The notes beneath the pieces are model-generated. The model did not search any database. It was not told where the DNA came from and saw only the letters and a program-made list of their open reading frames with translations. From positions 96,001 through 160,000 of the forward strand of contig JBFWLW010000003.1 of the NCBI GenBank assembly GCA_050251945.1: 64,000 nucleotides of DNA, given 5' to 3'. Positions 28,116 through 36,836 of this stretch are shown here, one piece after another (positions within the stretch are counted from its first letter, which is position 1; each line of letters begins with the position of its first letter). The position numbers were made by a program, and so were the translations under genes. This stretch comes from Deferribacterales bacterium. GTDB taxonomy: Bacteria > Chrysiogenota > Deferribacteres > Deferribacterales > Geovibrionaceae.

Positions 28116-31100
28116 ATGTCCGACAGGTTCAAGCTGGCGGTGGTCTCCAGCGATCCGAAGGGACTGATAGGCGGCAGTCAGGTACCTTTCGACCTCTTCC
28201 TGCCGAAAGACATCAGCAAAATACGATCCGCGCAATATGACCTTGTCCTCATTGACACCCGCCCCGGACATGAACCCCCTTCTCAAAAAAATATCGCAGA
28301 AAACCTTTCCGGCATAAATATCATGTTTTTATCCGCAAAGTTCGATATCCAGAAACAATTGCGGGAGAAAGAGCTTGCCCTGCGCAAGATACTCGACGCA
28401 TCTCAGGATATCGTTATCATGCTGGACAAACAGGCGAATATACTGGACTGCAACACACGGTTCCTCATCGAAATGGAAACAGACAGAAGTAAGATAGCGG
28501 GATTCTGCCTTTGGGATATTCTGCGCAGACAGGACAGTGAAATCCTTAAAAATGAATTTGCTAAAGCGGTCAGGAGCAAGCGCACGGCACACACAGAGGC
28601 AAAGCTTTTCGGCGGGATATACGAAACAGGGGCAAGCCCCATAATAGAAGACGGCGAAATATCCAGTCTGGTGCTTTTCGCAAGGGATGTCACAGCGAAG
28701 CGGCAGTCTGAAATGTTCGCAGGGATGAACGAAAAACGCAACCGGTCCCTTGCCGTTCTCGGGCAGATGTATGAAGCGGAATTCGAGGATATTCTCGACT
28801 ATGCACTGGACAGCGCAGCCGAACAGACGGAAAGCAAAGAAGGCTCAATCAGCATAATGGACAAGAAAGCAGGCGGACTGCGCCTTGTCGTCTCCCTGAC
28901 AGAGAAAGGCAAAACAGTTTATTCGGCTCAACAGCCCGTTTTCATCAGAAACAAGGAGATGGAAGGGCTTGAAGAAGTATTGAGATATAACGAACCCTAC
29001 ATAGGCACGGACGGAACGAACACGATGGTCATCCCGTTGATGGCACAGGGCGGCGTAAGCCTTATCCTTTCACTCAGCGGGAAACAGACGCCTTATAACA
29101 TAAACGAGGCAATAGGTCTTGTCCACTTCATGGAAAGCGTCTGGAGACTTAAAGAAAGAAAAGAGGCGGAAGAGGAGATAAACCGTCTTAACACAGAGCT
29201 TGAAAAAAAGGTGGAAGAACGCACATCACAGCTTCGTACCAGCGAAAACAGATTCCGCGTGGCTTTTGAATCCTCCGCTAACGGCATGGCGATAATTTCC
29301 CTTACGGGGGAGCTGATACAGGTCAACCGCGCGATGGCTTCAATGCTAGGCTACACACAGAGCGAAATGAACGGCAGGTTCTTCACCGATTTTCTCCACT
29401 CGGACTACGCCGAAACAGCGATGGCTCTTATGCACGACCTGATCAGCGGCGAAAAAAGTCACTACTCGGTCGTTAAAAAATATATTCACAAAGAAGGCAG
29501 ACTTATTATAGTTTCCGTCAGCGCGGCACTGGCATACGACGAAAATGACGTTCCGCTGTATCTCATCGCACAGCTGGTGGACATAACCGAGGCGGAGCGC
29601 ACAAAGACTGAACGTGACAGAATATTTGAACACAGCCGCGACATAATCTGCATTGCGGATTTCAGCGGAAACTTCCGCTATGTCAACCGTGCGTTTGAAG
29701 ACCTCATCGGCATCCCTGCCGAACGCATCACAGGCAGAAAATTCACAGACGTCTTTTCGCGGGAAGAGGCTTGCAGAGCCTCTGACTTCATAGAGAGACT
29801 GGCGAACGGCGAAAACCTCTCCGATTACGAGAGCAAACACGCCTCCGCAGGCAACGAACCTGTCTGGCTCTCGTGGTACGCCACAGCCGACAGAGAGAAC
29901 AGGCTCATATATGCCATAGCCAGAAACATCACCGACAGAAAAAAATACGAGGACGCGCTTAAACAGTCAAAAGAAAAAGCGGAAAAAGCCGACATGGCAA
30001 AGAGCGAGTTCCTCGCAAACATGAGCCACGAGATACGCACGCCGCTGAACGCCGTCATAGGTTTCAGCGAGCTTCTGGAAGCGCGTGTTAAAGACGACAA
30101 AGCGAGATCGTACATAAAATCAATAAAAACCAGCGGGCGCGCACTGCTGAACCTGATAAACGACATACTGGACATATCAAAACTGGAAGCTCATGCGGCA
30201 CGCATAAGCACTTCGCCTGCAAACATAAAACACCTCGTTAACGATACGGTGAGCATCTTCTCCCTGAAATCGGTGACAAAGGGGGTAACCATCACCAGCA
30301 GCGTTGACAAACTGGTTCCGGATGCACTCATAATAGATGCTGCGAGGATGCGCCAGATACTTCTGAATCTGGTGGGAAACGCTGTCAAGTTCACCGAAAA
30401 AGGCTTTGTAAACATCAACGTCACCTGCTCACCCGTGACGGATGGCAGAACCAACCTGCGGATAGTCGTTGCTGATTCCGGCATCGGCATACCGGAAAGC
30501 GATTTCAAGACCATTTTTGAGCCTTTCCGCCAGAGAAACGACCACAACATCAACCGCTACGGAGGCACCGGACTGGGGCTTTCCATATCGCTCAAGCTGG
30601 CGCAGATGATGGGCGGCACAATATCCGTCACCAGCGAAGTGGGAAAAGGTTCCGGTTTCACGGTAGACCTGCCCGGCATATTTACGGCGGAATACGCCTT
30701 CACAGAGCAGAACGACATTCCCGACATTACCTTTAAACCCGCAAGGATTCTTATAGTAGACGACGACGAAATGAGCAGAAATATACTGCGGGAAATGTAC
30801 GAAAGATGCGGTGTAACCGTTCTTGAAGCTCAGAACGGAAACGCAGCGGCACTGATCGCGGAAGAAATAGTCCCGTCGCTGATCATAATGGACATCAGAA
30901 TGCCCGATATGGACGGTTTTGAAACTGCAAAACGGTTGAAAAGCAATAATAAAACAAAAAAAATACCAATGATAGCCCTTACCGCCGCACACGACGAAAC
31001 CAACAGAGACGGAATTTTTAACGATTTTCTCATGAAACCTGCTGATTTTGCCCACCTCATGCAGGTTTCCGCAAAATACCTGCCCGTTGAGGCGGGAAAA

Positions 31101-31397
31101 ACCGTAAAAGAGAAACCGTCTCATGACGCGGAATCGGTGGACATGGTAGAGGAACTGTTTGCAAACAAAAAAGAAACACAGGTTATTATAGATAATTTCA
31201 GGAAAAATATCACCGTTATTGATCTCAATTTTGCGCAGGAGATATCGCAAATGCTCCTTTCGGAAGGGAAAAAATTGAAAAATAACGCTATAATTGAATT
31301 GTCGGATTATCTTAAAACTTGTATAGATAATATGGAAATCGGCAAAATAAAAAAACTTTTCAGGCAAATACATGAAAAGGTGAAAGAGAGTCAATGA
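28116..31397 (+). CDS. Hybrid histidine kinase (PAS/GAF/PAS/PAS-HisKA-HATPase-REC)
   Basis: FLANMSHEIRTPLN, NLVGNAVKFT, GGTGLGL, receiver IMDIRMPDMDG. Confidence 0.93.
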   Translation: MSDRFKLAVVSSDPKGLIGGSQVPFDLFLPKDISKIRSAQYDLVLIDTRPGHEPPSQKNIAENLSGINIMFLSAKFDIQKQLREKELALRKILDASQDIVIMLDKQANILDCNTRFLIEMETDRSKIAGFCLWDILRRQDSEILKNEFAKAVRSKRTAHTEAKLFGGIYETGASPIIEDGEISSLVLFARDVTAKRQSEMFAGMNEKRNRSLAVLGQMYEAEFEDILDYALDSAAEQTESKEGSISIMDKKAGGLRLVVSLTEKGKTVYSAQQPVFIRNKEMEGLEEVLRYNEPYIGTDGTNTMVIPLMAQGGVSLILSLSGKQTPYNINEAIGLVHFMESVWRLKERKEAEEEINRLNTELEKKVEERTSQLRTSENRFRVAFESSANGMAIISLTGELIQVNRAMASMLGYTQSEMNGRFFTDFLHSDYAETAMALMHDLISGEKSHYSVVKKYIHKEGRLIIVSVSAALAYDENDVPLYLIAQLVDITEAERTKTERDRIFEHSRDIICIADFSGNFRYVNRAFEDLIGIPAERITGRKFTDVFSREEACRASDFIERLANGENLSDYESKHASAGNEPVWLSWYATADRENRLIYAIARNITDRKKYEDALKQSKEKAEKADMAKSEFLANMSHEIRTPLNAVIGFSELLEARVKDDKARSYIKSIKTSGRALLNLINDILDISKLEAHAARISTSPANIKHLVNDTVSIFSLKSVTKGVTITSSVDKLVPDALIIDAARMRQILLNLVGNAVKFTEKGFVNINVTCSPVTDGRTNLRIVVADSGIGIPESDFKTIFEPFRQRNDHNINRYGGTGLGLSISLKLAQMMGGTISVTSEVGKGSGFTVDLPGIFTAEYAFTEQNDIPDITFKPARILIVDDDEMSRNILREMYERCGVTVLEAQNGNAAALIAEEIVPSLIIMDIRMPDMDGFETAKRLKSNNKTKKIPMIALTAAHDETNRDGIFNDFLMKPADFAHLMQVSAKYLPVEAGKTVKEKPSHDAESVDMVEELFANKKETQVIIDNFRKNITVIDLNFAQEISQMLLSEGKKLKNNAIIELSDYLKTCIDNMEIGKIKKLFRQIHEKVKESQ

Positions 31398-32344
31398 GCG
31401 CTGAAACAAAATACAACAAAACGCTTATACTGATTGTGGACGACAACCCGCAAAATCTGAAAGTATTGGGCAACATACTGAGAGAAAACACAAAATACGG
31501 GCTGGCATTTGCCATGAACGGATTCGAGGCGCTTGAATTCATAAGCACCACAAAGCCGGACATGGTGCTTCTCGACGTTATGATGCCTGACATGGACGGA
31601 TATGAGGTGTGCCGACAGCTCAAAAACGTCCCAGATACCGAAAACATACCGGTTATTTTCATAACTGCGAAAACAGAAGCCGAAGACGCCGTTATGGGTT
31701 TTGAAGCGGGCGGCGTGGACTATATATCAAAACCATTCCACGAGCAGGAACTTCTGATGCGAATCCGCACACATCTCGACCTGAAACTTTCCAGAGATAT
31801 GCTTGAGGACAAGAACAAGGAACTCCAGCAGGCCTACGAAACCATAGAAAAACTTGCTCTCACCGACTCGCTGACAGGGCTTGCGAACCGCAGAAGCATT
31901 TTAAACCAGATGCTTGTGGAGGTTTCCCGCTGTGACCGCAACGGAGGATATTTTTCGCTGATAATGTGCGACATCGACTTTTTTAAAAAAGTGAACGACA
32001 CATACGGACACGACACAGGCGACTACGTTCTTAAAACCGTTTCGGACTTAATGCGCACAAACCTGCGCCAGCAGGATGTTATTTCCCGTTGGGGCGGCGA
32101 GGAATTTCTGATAATGCTCCCCCAGACCGAGCTTGAAAAGGCAGTTGCTGTTGCGGAAAAACTGCGCGAGGCTGTCAAAAGTGCAGTAATGTCTTTCGCA
32201 GGTAATAATTTCAGCATAACAATGACTTTCGGGGTTTCCAGATTTGACAAGGGAAACGGCATCGAACACAGTATTAAAAAAGCAGACGACGCACTCTACA
32301 CAGGCAAGCAGACCGGACGCAACAAAGTCGTTATGGCGGAATAG
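31394..32344 (+). CDS. Response-regulator diguanylate cyclase (REC-GGDEF)
   Basis: LLDVMMP receiver; I-site RQQD; GGEEF. Confidence 0.95.
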   Translation: MSAETKYNKTLILIVDDNPQNLKVLGNILRENTKYGLAFAMNGFEALEFISTTKPDMVLLDVMMPDMDGYEVCRQLKNVPDTENIPVIFITAKTEAEDAVMGFEAGGVDYISKPFHEQELLMRIRTHLDLKLSRDMLEDKNKELQQAYETIEKLALTDSLTGLANRRSILNQMLVEVSRCDRNGGYFSLIMCDIDFFKKVNDTYGHDTGDYVLKTVSDLMRTNLRQQDVISRWGGEEFLIMLPQTELEKAVAVAEKLREAVKSAVMSFAGNNFSITMTFGVSRFDKGNGIEHSIKKADDALYTGKQTGRNKVVMAE

Positions 32345-32449
32345 GTTTCTATGACAGAAGATAAGGCGCGACGAAAGTTATACAGAAAGGTTTTCGCACG
32401 ATGAGGTGACGGCTATGATTCGCTCAATAGTCAGTAACGAACAGGATAC

Positions 32450-32487
32450 CGTCTCTGCGAGGAAGCCGTGGCTGACGAAGCAGTCTC
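32450..32487. repeat. Single REP family 1 unit
   Basis: CGTCTCTGCGAGGAAGCCGTGGCTGACGAAGCAGTCTC, similar to the second arm of 62684-62762. Confidence 0.75.
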
Positions 32488-32535
32488 AATCTTAACTTCA
32501 CTTGATAATTCTTTCGTCTCCTGATATTTTTCTTT

Positions 32536-33810
32536 ATGCACAAAACGATACTTTTAATCACATTGCTTTTTGTCTGCTTCACTTCTGCACATTCTCTCAC
32601 AGATATTGAAAAGAAGTATTATGACAATATGGAAAAGCAAAACCAGAAACTCACCGAGCAGGTTGAATCACAACAAAAAGAAATAAACGATTTAAAACTA
32701 AACCAGAACCGTCTGGAAAACTTAGTAATAAATGAACCTGCAAGACTGGATAAACGTATAGATGACGCAAAAGAAATATTCAGTATTAAACTGGACTTCG
32801 CTACTTACATCATTGGAGCACTGGGTCTATTTATTACAGTATCAGGACTAATTTTTGGTTTCCTTGGTATCAATATAAATAAAACTAATAAAGCTATCGT
32901 TTTCAAACAGAAAGAATACGACGAGAAGCTTAAAAAACTACATTCAAAAGCAGATGCAATCAACCAGCAGCTCGAAAATCATAAAGAAAAACTTCCCGCC
33001 GCAGATAAGGATATTAAATCATACACACCTGAAGATTTAGATAACCTTGAAGAATATGTACAACTTCTCAGAAGAGAAAAAGCAGAAAAAGATTACACTG
33101 CCGGAGAATGGTTCTATATTGGACTTCACTACCAGAATTGTAATAAATTTGAAGACGCCATTAAAGCATACGACGAAGCTATCAGGATTAACCCTAAAGC
33201 ACATGCAGTTTGGGGGAATAAAGGTATTGCACTGATAAGCAACAACAAATTTAAAGAAGCCATTGAAGCCTTTAATGAAGCACTCAATATTAAACCTAAT
33301 TTACCGGAACTCTTGAATAATAAAGGAGTTGCTTTTGAAAGACTCAATGAATTTGATAAAGCTATCAAGCTGTACGAAAAAGCGATTGGTATTAAATATG
33401 ATTATGTATATGCATGGTTTAACAAAGGAGATGCTCTTCAGAATTTAAAACGACACCATGATGCCATTAAAGCTTATGAAGAGGCTATAAAAATTAAGCC
33501 TGATTATCATGAAGCATGGAATGGGAAAGCATGGAATCTTATGCTTGATGGCAAATATCAGGAAGCTCTGGAAGCAGTTAACAAAGCAATTGAACTTAAA
33601 AATAATGAATACTCACAAGACACTAAGGCCGCGATATTAATGAAAATGGGACGGTTTGAAGAAGCGCTTGAGTATAGTAATAAAGCCATCGAACTAGTGC
33701 CGGAAGATACAAAAGATAAAGATGAAATTGAAAAAACACATAGGCAAATCCTCGAAGCGATAGCGGAAAGGGATAAAGCAAAAACAAACGAGGAAGAAAA
33801 AGACGCTTAG
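32536..33810 (+). CDS. Membrane-anchored TPR-repeat protein (AT-rich gene)
   Basis: Signal peptide, coiled coil, one TM helix, then about 6 TPRs (AWFNKG, AWNGKA). Confidence 0.88.
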   Translation: MHKTILLITLLFVCFTSAHSLTDIEKKYYDNMEKQNQKLTEQVESQQKEINDLKLNQNRLENLVINEPARLDKRIDDAKEIFSIKLDFATYIIGALGLFITVSGLIFGFLGININKTNKAIVFKQKEYDEKLKKLHSKADAINQQLENHKEKLPAADKDIKSYTPEDLDNLEEYVQLLRREKAEKDYTAGEWFYIGLHYQNCNKFEDAIKAYDEAIRINPKAHAVWGNKGIALISNNKFKEAIEAFNEALNIKPNLPELLNNKGVAFERLNEFDKAIKLYEKAIGIKYDYVYAWFNKGDALQNLKRHHDAIKAYEEAIKIKPDYHEAWNGKAWNLMLDGKYQEALEAVNKAIELKNNEYSQDTKAAILMKMGRFEEALEYSNKAIELVPEDTKDKDEIEKTHRQILEAIAERDKAKTNEEEKDA

Positions 33811-33814
33811 CAAC

Positions 33815-33842
33815 AGACTGCTTCGCTTCGCTCGCAGAGACG
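33815..33842. repeat. Single REP family 1 unit
   Basis: AGACTGCTTCGCTTCGCTCGCAGAGACG; inverted relative to 32450-32487. Confidence 0.75.
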
Positions 33843-33883
33843 GGGATTCGTCAATGCTTTACTTGCAATGACAAACAATATAA

Positions 33884-33919
33884 AAATCCACCCCGACCCT
33901 CCTTTGCCAAAGGAGGGAG
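33884..33919. repeat. REP-like family 2, uninterrupted copy
   Basis: AAATCCACCCCGACCCTCCTTT-GCC-AAAGGAGGGAG. Confidence 0.72.
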
Positions 33920-33925
33920 GAAGCC

Positions 33926-34459
33926 TTAAAGTTTACCTTTCAGAAATTCGTAGACCTCTTCGACACTTGAAAAGATTTCGTCCGCCTCTTCCGGTTTTGC
34001 ATCGGCATACTGACCGGCGACGATGATATTAAGCCCCACGCCAGCGGATTTGCCCGCCTGCATATCGGAGACCTTGTCACCCACCATTACGGATTTTGAA
34101 GCGTCTATGTCGTACATTGTCATTGCCATAAGCAACATACCGGGATTCGGTTTGCGGCATCCGCACTCGCCTGTAAAATCGGGATGGTGCGGGCAATAAA
34201 AGAAATCAGTCAGCTCAACGCCGCGCATCTCAAACTGCACCCTCATCCACGCATGCAGAACCTGAACGTCCTCCTCCGTATAGAAGCCTCTGTCCACCCC
34301 CGCCTGATTTGTGACCACAATTATCTTATAGCCTTTGAAATTTGCGAAAAGACACAGATCGAATATTCCGTCTATGAACTCGATATCCTCCGACCTGTAA
34401 AGGTACCCTTTATCGACATTGATTATGCCGTCTCTGTCCAGAAAAAGCGCCTTCTCCAT
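33926..34459 (-). CDS. gmhB: D-glycero-D-manno-heptose 1,7-bisphosphate phosphatase
   Basis: FLDRDG, VTNQAG, CPHHP..CGCRKPNPGM, VGDK.SD. Confidence 0.9.
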   Translation of the reverse strand: MEKALFLDRDGIINVDKGYLYRSEDIEFIDGIFDLCLFANFKGYKIIVVTNQAGVDRGFYTEEDVQVLHAWMRVQFEMRGVELTDFFYCPHHPDFTGECGCRKPNPGMLLMAMTMYDIDASKSVMVGDKVSDMQAGKSAGVGLNIIVAGQYADAKPEEADEIFSSVEEVYEFLKGKL

Positions 34460-34530
34460 ACCATCCCCGCGTGTTTTTTCATAAATATCAATGTAGCATA
34501 ATTTTTAAATGTACACTATAATTGTCTACT

Positions 34531-35319
34531 ATGTCAGCAGTAATCACATTTGCAAATAAAAAAGGCGGCAGCGGAAAAACCTCCACAGTGGTCAACACGG
34601 CGGGGGTGCTTGGAAGCCGCGGGTATCGGGTGCTGACCGTAGACCTCGATCCGCAGGCGCACCTCTCTTTCTGGTCGGGTGTCAACACTTATGACACCTA
34701 CCTGAGCATCTATGACGCACTGCTGGGCAAATGCAGCGGAAAAGACGCTCTGTTCCGCACAGAACACGGTCTTTACGATGTTCTGCCAGCATCCACAGCC
34801 TTTTCATCCTCTTTCATCAAACAGCTTCTGGACGGATCGAACCCGGAAGGTCAGCTTAAGAAAGTTTTACTTGATTTTAAAAACGATTACGACTGCATAC
34901 TCATAGACACACCGCCAACTGTTGCGGCGCTGACGCTGAACGCTCTGGCGGCGGCAGAATCGGTCTTCATCCCGATACTGCTCAATTTCCTCGCGATCGA
35001 AGGGCTGGCTCAGCTCACCCAGACGATTTACCGCATAAACGCAGCGTTTAATCCTTCCTTGCGCATGTGCGGCATCATCCCGAACCAGTACGATATCAGA
35101 AGCAACCACTCCAAACGTGTGATGAAAGAAATCAATGAGAACTTCGGCGAACCGATGATTTCACCCCGTATACGCAACGATATCAGGATAGCCGAGGCAC
35201 CGGAATACAGAATTCCCATAAATTTATTCGCTCCGCACAGCAGAGGGTGTATGGATTTCAATCTTTTAGCCGATTTTATACTGGAAAAAGTACCTATCGC
35301 TAAAGGAGCGTCCAAATGA
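34531..35319 (+). CDS. ParA/Soj-family ATPase (chemosensory-cluster associated)
   Basis: Deviant Walker A KGGSGKTS, DLDPQ, IDTPP; no parB nearby. Confidence 0.92.
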   Translation: MSAVITFANKKGGSGKTSTVVNTAGVLGSRGYRVLTVDLDPQAHLSFWSGVNTYDTYLSIYDALLGKCSGKDALFRTEHGLYDVLPASTAFSSSFIKQLLDGSNPEGQLKKVLLDFKNDYDCILIDTPPTVAALTLNALAAAESVFIPILLNFLAIEGLAQLTQTIYRINAAFNPSLRMCGIIPNQYDIRSNHSKRVMKEINENFGEPMISPRIRNDIRIAEAPEYRIPINLFAPHSRGCMDFNLLADFILEKVPIAKGASK

Positions 35320-36815
35320 GCAGATATCCCGTCGGAATAGATTTCGGCACGACAAACTCCATGATAGCAATATTTAAAGAAAAGGGAAACATAGAGGTCA
35401 TTTCATCCGACAGCGGGAAACGATTCCTACCGTCTGTAATATATTTCAAAAACGGAAAAGAAGCGGTTACGGGCGACAACGCCCGCAGTATGCAGATGCT
35501 GGAATCGGAAAACACCATCTCCAATGTCAAAAGATACATGGGTTCCGACAAAAAATTCTCAATATACGGCAAAAACTTCACCGCAGTGGAACTTGCCGCG
35601 CTGTTCTTTAAAAAGCTCAAAAACCTGCACAAAGACTACACAGGCGACGACACGGCGGAAGCTGTTATAACAGTTCCGGCATATTTCGATCATCTCCAGC
35701 GGGAAGCTGTGCGGGCGGCGGCGCAAACGGCGGGTTTCGAGGTTATTGCACTTCTGAACGAACCCACTGCCGCAGCGATATACTACAACAACATAGGCAA
35801 GAAAGAAAACGAGCTTTGCCTTGTTTTCGACCTTGGCGGCGGCACGCTGGACATCAGCCTTATCGAGCTGAACAAAGACTGTCTCAAGGTTAAAGCCACA
35901 GGCGGCTCCACGCAGATAGGCGGTGTGGATTTTGACGCCGCAGTTGCGGACTATCTCAACGAGGAGTTCCGCAAACTCCACGGAATAGACCTGAAAACCG
36001 ACCCCATAGCCTATCAGCAGTTGCTTTTTCAGGCGGAAAAAGCAAAGATGGAACTTTCCAGCCTGAATGAAACCAACCTTGTGATACCGTACATAACGAT
36101 AACCCCCAAAGGACCTCTGCATTTTAAGATGGAGCTGAACAAACAGCTCTTCGGTAAGATAACCGAACCAATCATTCAGGGTATCCGCGAGATAACCGAA
36201 GGGCTTCTTAAAGAGAACAATATAAAGCCAGAGGACATAAGCCGCGTGCTTCCTGTCGGCGGCGCAAGCAGGATATGCAACGTGCGCGCCTTCATTGAAG
36301 GGATGTTCGGCGCATCCGTCAGCAAAGACCTGAATCCGGAAGAGGCTGTGGTCTGCGGAGCGGCTACGAATGCCGCAATGCGTCTGGGGCTTCTGGGCGA
36401 CAGAACATTCTTTGACGTGACAAGCCACAATATGGGTCTTGAAGACGACAACGGAATGTTTGAGATTATCATGCAGAAGAACGAACCCTACCCTGTGTCA
36501 TTCACACAGCGATTCACAACAGCCAGCGAAGACATAAACGATATAACGGTTCATGTTCTGCAGGATACCGCTCATTCCAGTCTTAACGTTTCCGACAGTC
36601 CGGAAGACAATCCGGAATATTTCATTAGCCTTGCAAAATTCGATTTTACAGTGGAAAATAGCGAAGAAGAAAAGTTAATTGATATCTGTTTCATCATCGA
36701 CGACAGCGGCATCGTAACCATCACTGCAAAAGATGTTAATTCTGGTAGGGAAACCGATTTCACGCTGAAAGCGTCTTTCGATTCTGATAAGATTAGTGAT
36801 ATTAAAATATATTAG
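35316..36815 (+). CDS. Hsp70/DnaK-family protein, short (499 aa)
   Basis: GIDFGTTNS, TVPAYF, NEPTAAA, DLGGGTLD, AEKAKMELS, VGGASRI, NPEEAV; beta substrate-binding-like region but no C-terminal lid. Confidence 0.92.
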   Translation: MSRYPVGIDFGTTNSMIAIFKEKGNIEVISSDSGKRFLPSVIYFKNGKEAVTGDNARSMQMLESENTISNVKRYMGSDKKFSIYGKNFTAVELAALFFKKLKNLHKDYTGDDTAEAVITVPAYFDHLQREAVRAAAQTAGFEVIALLNEPTAAAIYYNNIGKKENELCLVFDLGGGTLDISLIELNKDCLKVKATGGSTQIGGVDFDAAVADYLNEEFRKLHGIDLKTDPIAYQQLLFQAEKAKMELSSLNETNLVIPYITITPKGPLHFKMELNKQLFGKITEPIIQGIREITEGLLKENNIKPEDISRVLPVGGASRICNVRAFIEGMFGASVSKDLNPEEAVVCGAATNAAMRLGLLGDRTFFDVTSHNMGLEDDNGMFEIIMQKNEPYPVSFTQRFTTASEDINDITVHVLQDTAHSSLNVSDSPEDNPEYFISLAKFDFTVENSEEEKLIDICFIIDDSGIVTITAKDVNSGRETDFTLKASFDSDKISDIKIY

Positions 36816-36836
36816 GTTCATTTGGAGGTATAGATT

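Noticed and set aside
34531..35319. parA as a sign of a plasmid, prophage or chromosome-partition locus
   Set aside because: No parB, replication, integrase or phage genes; it is coupled to a chemosensory operon.
35316..36815. Housekeeping dnaK or a truncated pseudogene
   Set aside because: No grpE, dnaJ or hrcA context. The frame is intact, ATPase motifs are conserved and spacing to both neighbours is tight, which favours a specialised paralog.
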